The notes under the pieces are model-generated. The model did no database searches and was not told the origin of the DNA. It saw only the letters and a list, made by a program, of their open reading frames with translations. A program made the translations under genes and the position numbers. From Pelagomonas calceolata (taxonomy: Eukaryota), in the NCBI GenBank assembly GCA_918797485.1, contig CAKKNE010000004.1, positions 3,844,001 to 3,908,000 on the forward strand: 64,000 bases of DNA, given 5' to 3'. Shown one piece after another: positions 10,627 to 21,292 of the stretch (its first letter is position 1; every line of letters starts with the position of its first letter).

Positions 10627-11628
10627 CTAGACTTTAGGCGCCGGCGGCAGGTCCGCGGGGCTCGACCGGATCGCCGCCCGTCTGGCGCTGAGCTCATCTT
10701 CCAGACCCTCGACCATGACCGCCAGCGCCGCGTCCACCGAATAGGCCGAGCCCCGCGGTCTCCACAATTGCACGACGACGCCGAGCGTCAGCGTCAGCGC
10801 CGCGGTCATGAGCGCGAACATCGCCGCCTCGACCCGCAGCGCGCCCGCACCCACCGTCGTCGCCGCGCCCGCCGACAGCAGGGGGAACGCGCACACTTCC
10901 AAGATGCCCAGCAAAAATAAGAGGGCGAAGTGCAATGGTGGTAATTTGCGCTGCATCGCGCCGAGCCGCTCGCCCCGCGCGCGCCGCAGCCACCGTACCG
11001 TATCGTAGATGGCGCCGGGCGTGCCGACAGACGTCTGCCACATGATCGCCTCGAGCGGGTCGTCGCGCGGCCGCGTCGACAGCAGGACAGCTGGGGATAA
11101 ATCAGCGCGCTTCAGGTCGCGGTCGACGTAGCGCTGCACGTCGTCCAAAACGCCGGCGTAGGACGGCCGCCCCTGGCAGACCAGCGTCGCCTGCTCTAAT
11201 AAAGCTTTGGCGACGGAGACCTCCTCGAACAAAGCCATGTAGACCATGACCTGCTGGTTGTAGCAGAACGCGTACGTGTTGCCTATCAATAACGAGAAGA
11301 GGATGCCGATAACTGACAAAAAGTTCTGGATGAACTGGCCCTGGTCGCCCGACAGCACGGCGAGCGTCGCGACGCCGAACGCGGAGCGCATGCCGCGGCA
11401 GAGCGCCGGGAACGCCACGAGACTGATGGCGCCGACGGCGAGCGATGGTACCAATAGCACGACGGACGTTTTTATCAGTCGGTCGCGTGCGAGCTTGTCG
11501 GCGTCGCTTGGTGGCGCGATGGCTGTTGCATGGCGCCTCGGCAGTGCTAGTTTGAGGCGGGTGGGTGGTGGTCTGAAGGCGGCGGCTGCTTGCAGCAGCA
11601 GTGCGAGTGCGAGGCGTCGGCGAGGCAT
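10627..11628 (-). CDS. Predicted plastid-targeted multi-pass membrane protein (DUF4239-like)
   Basis: Leader ...QAAAAFRP, hydrophobic helices, IGILFSLLIGNTY...EVS and RRARGERL...LPPLH pattern. Confidence 0.65.
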   Translation of the reverse strand: MPRRRLALALLLQAAAAFRPPPTRLKLALPRRHATAIAPPSDADKLARDRLIKTSVVLLVPSLAVGAISLVAFPALCRGMRSAFGVATLAVLSGDQGQFIQNFLSVIGILFSLLIGNTYAFCYNQQVMVYMALFEEVSVAKALLEQATLVCQGRPSYAGVLDDVQRYVDRDLKRADLSPAVLLSTRPRDDPLEAIMWQTSVGTPGAIYDTVRWLRRARGERLGAMQRKLPPLHFALLFLLGILEVCAFPLLSAGAATTVGAGALRVEAAMFALMTAALTLTLGVVVQLWRPRGSAYSVDAALAVMVEGLEDELSARRAAIRSSPADLPPAPKV

Positions 11629-11691
11629 GTTTTTCGCTTGCTCCGCTGCTGTGTGCGAGCTCGCGCACCGGGCTGAAACCCAGCATAATTG

Positions 11692-11713
11692 CCTAGCGGA
11701 GTGAGATACTAGC
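11692..11713 (-). promoter_or_regulatory. Bipartite CTAG intergenic motif (variant)
   Basis: Reverse complement GCTAGTATCTCACTCCGCTAGG between divergent genes. Confidence 0.6.
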
Positions 11714-11954
11714 GCTAACAGTGAGAGATCAATGAGGCGTCTCTACGCGTGATTATAGATCTTCTCAGGAGCAATCGACGCAAGAGTGCGGCGTGAAAAT
11801 CACACAACCACCGGCGTATTTGCACAAAACGTGGCGTAAAAAGGACTACACCTGAGCCAAAATGTCCCTCAGTATCACAGCCGCATTGACGGGCTAGCAC
11901 CGGCGTCAGAACCGCGCCGCGTCCCGCGGCCCCAACAAGCAGTATATCCGATCG

Positions 11955-13233
11955 ATGAAAAAACGATCAAGGTTTTACGCGCCGCGCAGCGACGCCGTCG
12001 GTTAGCGTCGTCAGACGACGTCTCGCAACCACCGCCTTGACTGCTCGCGGGCGCCGGGCTGAAACCGCGCCCTGAGACCGGCGGTCGTCGCGGAACGCCC
12101 GCGGAAACGCTGGAAATTCTCTCACCACCTCACCACGCCGCCGCCAGAAACGCCAGGATCTCCTCACCGCGCCAAACCCCTCGCAGAGTTCGTCGCCCAG
12201 GCGCTCTTCGTCTTCACGTGCACGGGCGCGGCGTGCGGTCAGGCGACGCCGTTCTCCTCGACGAACCCCTTCGACGGCTCCAAGGGCGCCAACTCCGCCG
12301 TCGGCATCATCGACGACGGCTCCTTCGTGCCCGAGGACCTGCCGGTCCCCTTCGTCCAGTCCATCGCAATGACCTTCGGCTTCACGATCACTGCCCTCGC
12401 CTACGCCATGGGCTCGAAGTCGGGCGCCCAGATCAACGGCGCGGTGACCTGGTCCGCCGCGGCGTCTCGAACTCAACTGCGCCGCCTCGATGGCGTCACG
12501 TTGTGACCGTCGGTCGCGTCCTCCACGCCATCGACGCGACGCGACTCACTCCATGCGCGCAGGGGCCTAGCCGTCGCCGGCGAGCTCTCGCCCATCCAGG
12601 CCGTCGCGAACATCTTCATGCAGTGCTGGGGCTCGGTCCTCGGCTCCGGCTTATTATCCCTCGTCTACCGCAAGTCCTCGGACCGCACGAACGGCTTGGG
12701 GTCCAACCGCGTCGGCCCGGGCTTCTCGCCGCGCCAGGCGTTCCTCGGCGAGGCCATCATGGTCTTCATTTTGATGTATGTGGTCCTCGAGACGGCGGTG
12801 AACAAGAAGAACAAGGCCAACGCGGCGCTCGCGCCGGTCGCCATCGGATTTGCGGTGTACATCGGCCACACGATGCTCATCCCCGTCGACGGCTGCTCGC
12901 TCAACCCGACGCGCTCCTTCGGCCCGGCCCTCGTCTCGTACATCCAGAACCGCGGCCCGAACTACTTCCGCGACTTCTGGTGCACGGGCGGTGTCCGAAA
13001 CTGTATTACGACGGGCGGGGCGCCGCGTCGATGGCCTGATACGGCCGTCGACAGCACGCGTCCGCGCCGACGCCGACGTCGTAAATCCACGCAGGGTCTT
13101 CGTCATCGGCCCCGTCACGGGCGCCACGGTCGCGGCGGCCTACTACAAGGTGATCAATGCCATGCAGGACAAGGAGGCCGAGAACGAGCCGGCCGCGGAC
13201 CGCGCCGAAGACGTCAAGCCTGTCGAGGCCTAG
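11955..13233 (+). CDS. Aquaporin / major intrinsic protein (first exon uncertain)
   Basis: EFVAQALFVF...SGAQINGAVTW|GLAVAGE...LAPVAIGFAV...DGCSLNPTRSFGPA...DFW|VFVIGP. GT-AG introns 12452..12562 and 12980..13094 restore the frame. Putative first intron 12001..12186. Confidence 0.88.
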
Positions 13234-13434
13234 GCGTCCGTGGACCCCCCGCGCTCCCTTCGCGGTCGAGCGCTCCCTTACACCCCCCTTGGGCACAGTA
13301 GCAGCTGTGCCACCATCTACTCTGACTAACGTTCACAAAACTTTACTCTCGGGCCAAACCGCCACGCCATCGGGCGCGACACACGCGCACACATCGACGC
13401 TTGCGCCGGTGTCGCGACACGTACACACGACGAG

Positions 13435-14301
13435 CTAGACCTCGACGCTCGCGCCGGCCGGCGCGGGCGGCGGCGAGGGATGCCTCGTCCGCAGACAGCT
13501 CCCGGCGCGTTGCCGCAACGAGCGCACGGCGTTATCGAGGCCGAGGAGCTTGACGAAAAAGCCGACGACGTGGCGAACAACGGAGACGATGTCGCCCGCG
13601 CCCGACGCCGCGCGGACCTCGTACGCGTCGCCTGACAACACGTAGCCCGGGAGCTGCGAACACCGCGCGTCGACGGCGGCGGCGGCGCTTGCCGAGGGCA
13701 GCGCCACCGCGAGCCAGCCAGTCACCTCCAGACTTCCCACAACAAGCCCCCCCAGGTGCCCCACGAACGAGACGTTCGGAATAACGACCTGCATCGCGAC
13801 CAGCAACGCCCAGGGGTAGAGCCGCGCCGGCACCTCGATCACGCCGAAGACGCTCCGCCGGCCGCCGCCCCGCGCGGCCTCGCACGCCGCCAACGCAAAA
13901 ATGACGCCCGAGAAGCCGAGCGCGTGCTGCCGCGCGAAGGACTCGTCGCGCGTCAGAAATGTCAGCAGGAGCGACAGCGCGCACGAGACAAGGCCGGCGA
14001 GCGGCACGGCCCAGAGCGTGATCGAGAGGAGCCGGACCGTGCCCGCAGACCGCTCCAGCGCACCGCTGATGGCCGCCGTCGAGGCCACGTTCATCCCAAG
14101 ATGCAAAAGGCCGCCATGGAGGAACGACGACGTGACGATGCGGTAGAATTGGCCCTCCGCGACGGTCGACGCACTGATCGTAAATCGGCGCGTCGACGCC
14201 GCGTCGAGGCACAGGAATTGGAAGACGGCTGCGGCCAAGAGCAGTGCGCAGATCGATGCGGTGCCTAGGCCGAGCCTCGCGGCCGCATGGATGTAACCCA
14301 T
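13435..14301 (-). CDS. Rhomboid protease (RHBDD1/RBL-like)
   Basis: YRIVTSSFLHGGLLHLGMN, catalytic GFSG and VGHLGG. Confidence 0.9.
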   Translation of the reverse strand: MGYIHAAARLGLGTASICALLLAAAVFQFLCLDAASTRRFTISASTVAEGQFYRIVTSSFLHGGLLHLGMNVASTAAISGALERSAGTVRLLSITLWAVPLAGLVSCALSLLLTFLTRDESFARQHALGFSGVIFALAACEAARGGGRRSVFGVIEVPARLYPWALLVAMQVVIPNVSFVGHLGGLVVGSLEVTGWLAVALPSASAAAAVDARCSQLPGYVLSGDAYEVRAASGAGDIVSVVRHVVGFFVKLLGLDNAVRSLRQRAGSCLRTRHPSPPPAPAGASVEV

Positions 14302-14373
14302 GACTGGAGGAGGTGCTGATTTGAGCTATAGCTGCCGTTTAAGCGGGCTGCCATGCCAAAAAAGGCATGGCTT

Positions 14374-14396
14374 CCTAGTGTGTTACGGACGCTAGC
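14374..14396 (+). promoter_or_regulatory. Bipartite CTAG intergenic motif
   Basis: CCTAGTGTGTTACGGACGCTAGC between divergent genes. Confidence 0.72.
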
Positions 14397-14592
14397 TGCG
14401 GCTTGTGCCGGCTTTCCACACCTTGGGTGGCCTTATCGATTCTTTCTCGGTCCTGGCGACGAAGCAGTTTACTCACACAACTGATCTGCACGCGCGTGCC
14501 ACTCGCTAGCCGCAGCGCTTCATCACACGCCTAGTGCGCCACCAGGGTCACAGCCTCTCGCTGTGCCTCTCGCTGTGCCTACGTCCGCAGCG

Positions 14593-15357
14593 ATGCCCCG
14601 CAAGGCCGCAAAACGCGCGCGCACGGTCGTAGAGCGCGACTGGCGCGCCACGCTGTTCGTCTGGCGCGGCGAGCTCGAAATCGGCGGGTCCCCGGACACC
14701 GGTCCGCAGATCTCGTGGCGGGGCGCGTGGCTCGGCGCTGATGACGACACTATGCCGTCGGACGCCGCCCTGAAAGCGAGCGAGAACACGTTCGAACTCA
14801 AAACGGAGCCGTTCGATCACGAACAGATCCAAGAAAAGGCCAACGCGACCCTCGTGGGGACGGAATTCGAGGGCGAAGAATGCGGCGGAACCGAGATTGT
14901 GTTCGAAGCCATCGACATGATCCTTGGTGGTATGGACGAAGAGGATCCCGAGGGCCGCAAGGCCTTCTTCCAGCTGGATGGCTTGTTCGAGATGCAATTT
15001 GGGGGCTCGTACAAGCTTGACAACGGCTCTGGCCTGGAGGACACCTCGGACGACACGCACCGCTGGGAGGTGCGCTCGTGGCCGAAGGCGGCTCCGGGAG
15101 AGGTCGAGTGCGCGACTCATGCCGCCGTCGCAGCCGTCGGCACGACGCCCTTCGGTCGCTTCGTAAGCCTCGGCGCCATCGATGGCAGCACGATGACATT
15201 GGCGCGCCGCTACATTGCCGACGACGACCCGCGCGCGGCCTGGGCGTCGCCCGCGGCCGTGCTCGATGCATGCCTAGATGACGCGCAGCTAGAAGAAGAA
15301 GAAGAGCTAGCCCTCGCGGACATCCCGGCCAAGCTCCCGTGGAAGGTGGACGCGTGA
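14593..15357 (+). CDS. Hypothetical protein, tandem paralog A
   Basis: Coding-like ORF sharing conserved blocks with 15536..16417. Confidence 0.8.
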   Translation: MPRKAAKRARTVVERDWRATLFVWRGELEIGGSPDTGPQISWRGAWLGADDDTMPSDAALKASENTFELKTEPFDHEQIQEKANATLVGTEFEGEECGGTEIVFEAIDMILGGMDEEDPEGRKAFFQLDGLFEMQFGGSYKLDNGSGLEDTSDDTHRWEVRSWPKAAPGEVECATHAAVAAVGTTPFGRFVSLGAIDGSTMTLARRYIADDDPRAAWASPAAVLDACLDDAQLEEEEELALADIPAKLPWKVDA

Positions 15358-15535
15358 CCTAAGCGCTTGTGTTTTCCCTAGGAGCTCTAATTCTAGGACC
15401 ATCAGATGATTTTCGCCTCAACGCGCGGGTTTACACGTTTGCCGCGCTTACACTGCTTGCCGCGCTCTGAGTGCCAAAGCGCAAGCGCTCGTCCTGTGAA
15501 CCATTCAATTGTCCCTCAAAAGAACGATCCGAGCG

Positions 15536-16417
15536 ATGGCGGAGCCGAAGCTGTCGATCAAACAGATGAAGGAATCGATACGGGAGGCGGGCTTCCCCAC
15601 CGCGGACCTGCTTGAGCGGGCCGACATCGACGCGCGCTACGCCGAAGCCGTGGCGCGCCTGGCCGAAGCCGAGCAGCTCAAGACCGGAGAAAGGCTCGCC
15701 AAGCGCCCGCGCACCGAGCCCGCCGAGCGCGACTGGCGCGCGACGCTCTTCGTGTGGCGCGGCGAGGTCGAGGCCGACCCGAGCATTCAAGTGAAGCACG
15801 CCGACTGCGGCGCTCCCACTCCGTCGATCACGTGGCAGGGCGCCTGGCTCGGCACCGATGACGGGACGATGCCGACGGAAGCGGCCTTGCAAGCGAGCCC
15901 CAATACGTTCAAGCTCAAGGTCAGCAAGTTCGACGAGGAGAAGATACGCGAAGGGAGTTCCTGGGTCGGGGAGCCTCGCAGGAACAAAAACGATTACTTA
16001 GGGACTGCTGAGCTTATGGACTATATCATGATGACTTCCTTTGGAACCGACCCGGACGAGGACGACGAAGATTGGGGCAAGCCGGACCGTCTGGGTGAGA
16101 TGAAGTTCGACAAAGGCTCGTACAAGCTCGACACCGGCAACGGCCTCGAGGACGTCAAGGACGTCGAGCACCGCTGGGAGGTGCGCATGCCCGCCGTGGC
16201 CGCCGTGGGCACGACGCCCTTCGGGCGCTTCGTCAGCCTCGGCGTCATCGAAAGCGGCGGTATGGGGCACATGACCTTGGCGCGCCGCTACATCGCCGAC
16301 GACGACCCGCGCGCGGCCTGGGCGTCGCCCGCGGCAGTGCTCGATGCCTTGCTCGGCGAGGGACCGCTCGCCCTCGCGGACATCCCGGCCAAGCTCCCGT
16401 GGAAAGTGGACGCGTGA
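15536..16417 (+). CDS. Hypothetical protein, tandem paralog B
   Basis: Shares ERDWRATLFVWRGE, GSYKLD, HRWEVR, GTTPFGRFVSLG, MTLARRYIADDDPRAAWASP and LADIPAKLPWKVDA with paralog A. Confidence 0.8.
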   Translation: MAEPKLSIKQMKESIREAGFPTADLLERADIDARYAEAVARLAEAEQLKTGERLAKRPRTEPAERDWRATLFVWRGEVEADPSIQVKHADCGAPTPSITWQGAWLGTDDGTMPTEAALQASPNTFKLKVSKFDEEKIREGSSWVGEPRRNKNDYLGTAELMDYIMMTSFGTDPDEDDEDWGKPDRLGEMKFDKGSYKLDTGNGLEDVKDVEHRWEVRMPAVAAVGTTPFGRFVSLGVIESGGMGHMTLARRYIADDDPRAAWASPAAVLDALLGEGPLALADIPAKLPWKVDA

Positions 16418-16506
16418 GCTCGGCCGGACCCCCAAGCCATAAGATACTGTGTCACTCGGTTAAGTTAAATACCAACAAGAACAACACCCCTCGTGCGTGG
16501 GAAGTG

Positions 16507-18579
16507 CTATCGGAGGACGTTGTAGAGCGAGAAGAGGATGAGCAGCACCGCCGCGGACGAGTCGATGTACGCGAGGTGCGCCGCGCGGCCGATGACCGTA
16601 TCTAAATTCGTCTGGGCGAACCGATAGTCGAGCGTGAGCCGCACGACCGTCGTCCGCTTTGACGCCGTCGCGGATTGCTGCATGACCGGCGACAGGAGGT
16701 TCGTGGCCATCTGCCGGTACGCGTCGCCGCCGCCCTTCTTGTCGACCTCCGCCGGCCGCGGGATCGTGGCCTGGGCCGTGTGGAGCGGCACGTAGGAGTC
16801 CTGCAAGGACCCGACGAGGACCACGAACCGAAATCTCTCGAAGCCCGGCTGCTTCGAGAGTCTGTGCATGAAGGCGTCCTCGGCCTTCGGCGCGTCCAGC
16901 AACTGGAGCTCGTCCATGAACTGGGACTGGTGCAGATGCTGGAGGGCCCACATGCCGCCACTGATGAGCGTCGAGGGCACGAACATGTTGCCGCAATGGG
17001 ACGACGATAAAGAAACAAAAGCGTGGAGCTTCGGGAGGTAGGGCTTTAATACTGGAGACGCCAGCGCCGTGCGCACGATCATGGAGCCCGCCGAGTGGCC
17101 CACGAAGCTGAGTCGGCCCATACCTGGGTCGGCATCTGACAAATCGGGACACCGGTGCTTGATGAAGTTGTGCACCTCGTGTGCTAACCTTTGACCCATG
17201 GGCCCCATCGAACCGCCACTATTGTCCTCGTTGGACTGCGGAGACAACACAATAGCACCGGGAAAGAGTAGGAGAGCGTACGCCCTTAGTAAACGCATAT
17301 CAAATGAAGACGCGTACCAGCCGTGCTGCATCACTATTAAATGAGGCCCGCGGTAGTTCGATGGAGGCGCGTCCGGAGACAATAGCGCCTCGGTGTCGTT
17401 CCGCCTCCGGTAGACGTGCGCGGCCGCCGCGGGGAGCCGGGCCGGCTCCTTGAGCAACGATTTGTCGCAGATGCTCGGACTTTGGGTTGGTTGCGACCGC
17501 AGCTCCTTGAACGAAGTCCGGAACTCGTCGGTCTCGCGCGGTTGCAGTAATTTCTGAATGCGGACCTCGGTGCTCCTCAAGCGACCCCCCCACCACGCGC
17601 GCTGGTCGCGCAGCCACGTCGTTTGTAGAGTTTCGCACAACGCTTTTCCGTCGCGCGGTAGTAGGGCCACGAAGCGGCCCCACAACAGGAACAGCTTTTT
17701 GGCGACGGCGGCGTTGTCCCTTTCTATAGCTTTCGATACACTACCAGCGTCGACCAATGTTGTCGTAGCGACGGTCTGCTCCCGCTCCTTAAGTGCAGAA
17801 CAAGTGGCACTTAACGAAGCGAGCATCGGTTGCGTATAGCGCCGATGAGTCTTCGGCGCATCACTGTTATCCCGCAGCAGCTCCTCAAAAGAAGATATGG
17901 TCGACTCCACGCTCGCGTCGGCGCGGTCGTAGACGCGCTTGCGAAATTTTAAGTGTAACAAAGCGCAGTGGACCGTCACGTCGAGTTGACAGAAGTGCAT
18001 CGAACTGAAGGTCACGGGAAAGTAGGCGTGCACTTGATTGGTGGTCGGGTCCCGTCGTACTCTTAAAGTTTGCGTTGCTACTCTAGAGAATGTGGGAGAC
18101 AAAGAGGGCTTCTCGGCGGCGACGGCCGAACTCCGACGGGGCGAGGTCCTCGACGGCGGACTTCCGGGTTTCTCGAGTTCCGCCATCAACAACTCCAGCG
18201 TGATGTCGATGGGTTCGTCGTTCGCGAAGATTAACCGGTCACCACTATCCTTCGCCTCTATCAATAATTGGAACTGGGCACCCTCGTTAAGTTCTAGCCT
18301 CTCGTCCCTATATTTAATAACGAAGGCTCGCGTCGAGAATTCTGACGACGAATCGACGACTTGGGCCGCGGGCAGGTCGCTCGCATGCGTTTGCGGGATC
18401 TCCTGATCCCTTACAAAGGTAGACAGCACACTTGGCTTCGAGTAGCAGCCGTGCGGGATCGCTTGCTTAGTGTTGCACTTCACGGCCGCGCGCACCATGT
18501 AGATGCCCCGCGAGAACAGGTCCACGTTCCGGAAGCGGTGGAGGTGGACGACGACGTCGAGCGTGCCGTGCGTTGCCAT
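16507..18579 (-). CDS. FAM135: FAM135-family protein (DUF3657 + DUF676 serine-esterase-like domain)
   Basis: N-terminal LHRFRNVDLFSRGIY. C-terminal HLIVMQHG, SFVGHSAG, QDSYVP, IGRAAHLAY. Confidence 0.88.
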   Translation of the reverse strand: MATHGTLDVVVHLHRFRNVDLFSRGIYMVRAAVKCNTKQAIPHGCYSKPSVLSTFVRDQEIPQTHASDLPAAQVVDSSSEFSTRAFVIKYRDERLELNEGAQFQLLIEAKDSGDRLIFANDEPIDITLELLMAELEKPGSPPSRTSPRRSSAVAAEKPSLSPTFSRVATQTLRVRRDPTTNQVHAYFPVTFSSMHFCQLDVTVHCALLHLKFRKRVYDRADASVESTISSFEELLRDNSDAPKTHRRYTQPMLASLSATCSALKEREQTVATTTLVDAGSVSKAIERDNAAVAKKLFLLWGRFVALLPRDGKALCETLQTTWLRDQRAWWGGRLRSTEVRIQKLLQPRETDEFRTSFKELRSQPTQSPSICDKSLLKEPARLPAAAAHVYRRRNDTEALLSPDAPPSNYRGPHLIVMQHGWYASSFDMRLLRAYALLLFPGAIVLSPQSNEDNSGGSMGPMGQRLAHEVHNFIKHRCPDLSDADPGMGRLSFVGHSAGSMIVRTALASPVLKPYLPKLHAFVSLSSSHCGNMFVPSTLISGGMWALQHLHQSQFMDELQLLDAPKAEDAFMHRLSKQPGFERFRFVVLVGSLQDSYVPLHTAQATIPRPAEVDKKGGGDAYRQMATNLLSPVMQQSATASKRTTVVRLTLDYRFAQTNLDTVIGRAAHLAYIDSSAAVLLILFSLYNVLR

Positions 18580-19022
18580 GGTTCCGTCCTGTGGTGGCTG
18601 TGATGTGTAAGGGGTGGCTGTGATTTGTGGGCTGCCGGTCCGCGTCGAGGGCTGCTGGGTGCGGGCCGCCGGTCCACGTCGAAGGCTGTTTTGGGAGCGG
18701 GTCGTGGGCAACGGGGGCTGCCCCGCCGACGCGAAATCCCGCCAGCAAAAATCCACAGGCGAAATTCGAAAAAACCCGCATAAGTTGCCGCGCGCGGGTT
18801 TCTGTGCGCGGCCTCAGACCCCTACGATGGCGGTCGGATGTGTTGTCTCGAGGCCTCCCGACGGCTCGCCGTGCCGCGCGCCCCGCACGCTATGGCTGAA
18901 ATTCTTGCATGCACTCGCGCGCCACTCGGAACCACAAGCGCGTGGGCGGTGCCGTAGGGGCTCGTCTACGACACTTCTTGCATCGATCTCGCGCGCGGCG
19001 GGGCTGCCTTGGGGGTTCATCC

Positions 19023-20108
19023 ATGGCGCGCCTCGTTGCCACCATCGCGCTGGGGTGGGCATCCACGGTCGCCGCGTACGAGCACGGAACAAGCACCGGC
19101 ATTGACGGCTGGCTCGAAGACCACAATTACTTCCGATGCCTGCACAACGCGGAGCCGGTCAGCTGGGACTACGGCCTCGAAGAAAAGGCCCGGTACCTCG
19201 CCGACCAGCAGACGATGTCTCACACGCCGGACGTGTACAACGTGAAACCGTCGTCCGGGGAAAACATCGCCATGGGAGGCGGCACGTTCACGTGCGGCGA
19301 CTACACCGGTCCCTACAACCAGAACTGCGCCACGTACAATTGGTATCACGAGTACACCGACTGCTGGAGCCCCGTTACCGGCTGGCAGCCGGGGATGTGC
19401 ACCATCGGCCACTTCACGGCCATGGTCTGGAAGGGCGTCACGAAGATCGGCTGCGCGTCGAGCGGCAACTACCACGTCTGTGAGTATGGAAGTGATAGAT
19501 GCATGGACGGCATCGACGGCGGCTGCTCCAGCCCGTCGCCGCCGGGCGTGCCGAACTTTAACTCGGGCTCGTGCGGCGACGAGTGCGTCGAGGCGGCCGT
19601 CAACACCGAGACCGCGTGCAAGGCGACGAACGACGTCCTCCCCGATCCCTCGGGAGACGCGGGGAGCTTTTCCTCGTGGTGGTGGCCAGTCTCCTCGAAC
19701 AAGGGCGGCGAATCTGGCGTCCTCTGGAAGGGCTTGCTTGCGTGGGCCGTCGTTAGCTGTGTGGAAATCAAAATTACGGCGCGTTCGTGCTGAATCGTCG
19801 CGTCGTCCTCCACGCCATCGACGCGACGCCTGCTCGATGGCGTGGCGATGCCGATTCCTCACCGCTCGACCGAGCCAGCGCGGCCGCGTCGTCGCCGAGA
19901 AATGACTTAGGGAAAGAATTGTCGGGTGCACCCGACGCACTGGTTGATTTCCACACAGGTCGTTAGTGTCATTTGTTTTGCCATCTTCGGCGCCGACGCC
20001 GCGGGCAAGTACCACATCTGCGAGTCGAGCGAAGCGGCCAAGCCGGCTGGTGGCGCGCCGCCGGCAGGCGACGGCGTCGTCGAGGAGCAGCCGGAAGCCT
20101 CCGCCTAA
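19023..20108 (+). CDS. CAP/SCP (PR-1-like) protein with signal peptide and C-terminal TM helix
   Basis: HNYFRCLH, GENIA, GHFTAMVWK...IGCA. Exons 19023..19748 and 19959..20108. Confidence 0.9.
19757..19958 (+). mobile_element. Intact introner element (202 bp); GT-AG intron 19749..19958
   Basis: Perfect 15-bp TIRs CTGTGTGGAAATCAA / TTGATTTCCACACAG and perfect TSD GTCGTTAG (19749-19756, 19959-19966). Confidence 0.95.
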
Positions 20109-20121
20109 TTAGCAGTATGAA

Positions 20122-20931
20122 TTAGAACCCCGGCGGCGCGCCGCCCGACCCGCCCCCGAGCCACTGCCCGAGCAACGCCCCGAGGCTGTCGCCCACGAGC
20201 AGCGCCAGCGACACGCCGATGAAGGCGGTGACAAGCGAGACGGCGCCGAAGATCACTTTCGCGGGCGCCGTGAGATCGGTGCCCTCCTCGTTTAAGATAT
20301 CAACGTCCATGCCCTCGGCCATGTCTCGCAGCTCGGCCAGCGCCTCGAGCCGCTCGTCGTCGCCGTCGTCGGCCGGGACGGGGACGAACGCGACATTTAA
20401 ACCCCTATCATTGAGTTTGGCGTAGGTATCGTAGGCCGGCTCGAAGGCGTACGTGTCGTTGAGGCTGTCGAACCGGTCGATCAGGGCCGCGCCGTTCCGA
20501 TGGGCGCGCTGCATGATCCTCTCGGCCTCCTTGACGCCTGCGCGATCAAGCGCGGCCTGCACGTCCTTGCGCTTGTTGATGGGGTCGTTGAGCAGGACCA
20601 GACCGACGGCCGTGGCATTTCTATCTCGGCACAGCGTCAGCACCTTTTGCCGCTTTTGGGCATTCTTGGCCTTATCTTTTTCTGCTCGCTCCGCGGCCTT
20701 CTCCGCGTCGCGCTCTTTTGTGAGTTTATTCTTTTCCGCCGTCGCGGCGGTGAGCAAGGCTTCCTCGACCTTAATCTCCTCGCGGAGCTTCGCGGCGGCG
20801 GCTTGCAGCTCCTCGACGGATTCGTGTCGCACCGTAACAGAAGCCGTGCGCGGCGGTCGCGGCAGCACGAATGCCGTCGTCCTCAGCAGCAGGATGAAAC
20901 CGAGGTAGGAGCGCCGCATTTGTTGATCCAT
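20122..20931 (-). CDS. Predicted plastid membrane protein with ClpS-like core
   Basis: Leader ...TTAFVLP (start 20931 or 20919). LVLLNDPINKRKDV...AERIMQRAHRNGAALI resembles ClpS. C-terminal TM. Confidence 0.6.
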   Translation of the reverse strand: MDQQMRRSYLGFILLLRTTAFVLPRPPRTASVTVRHESVEELQAAAAKLREEIKVEEALLTAATAEKNKLTKERDAEKAAERAEKDKAKNAQKRQKVLTLCRDRNATAVGLVLLNDPINKRKDVQAALDRAGVKEAERIMQRAHRNGAALIDRFDSLNDTYAFEPAYDTYAKLNDRGLNVAFVPVPADDGDDERLEALAELRDMAEGMDVDILNEEGTDLTAPAKVIFGAVSLVTAFIGVSLALLVGDSLGALLGQWLGGGSGGAPPGF

Positions 20932-21039
20932 TGTGGTGGACGCCACCAGGAGTGCACAAGAAGTCTCTACGACAGCAGTCTGATGATGGAAGCTGGCTAA
21001 GACCGGGACAACTCAGCCCAATCCTTTGGGGCTGAAGAT

Positions 21040-21063
21040 GCTAGTGTCTTACATGCCGCTAGC
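21040..21063 (+). promoter_or_regulatory. Bipartite CTAG intergenic motif
   Basis: GCTAGTGTCTTACATGCCGCTAGC between divergent genes. Confidence 0.75.
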
Positions 21064-21292
21064 GCGAATATTGAGCCCATTTTTTTTGGCAGCCGCACAC
21101 AGCACGTCTCGAGCGCTAGATTCGAAAAAAACACATCCCTGCGATTGCCATTTAGGGCCCGCCTCGCACGAGCTAGCTGCCGAGTCGTGCCGCCTCCCAG
21201 CTTGCGCCTACCCTGGGAGGGGCTTGTCGGCACTGAGGCTCTGCACGGCACGACACCGGCACTGAGGCGCTGCACGGCAGGACGCCAAAAAG

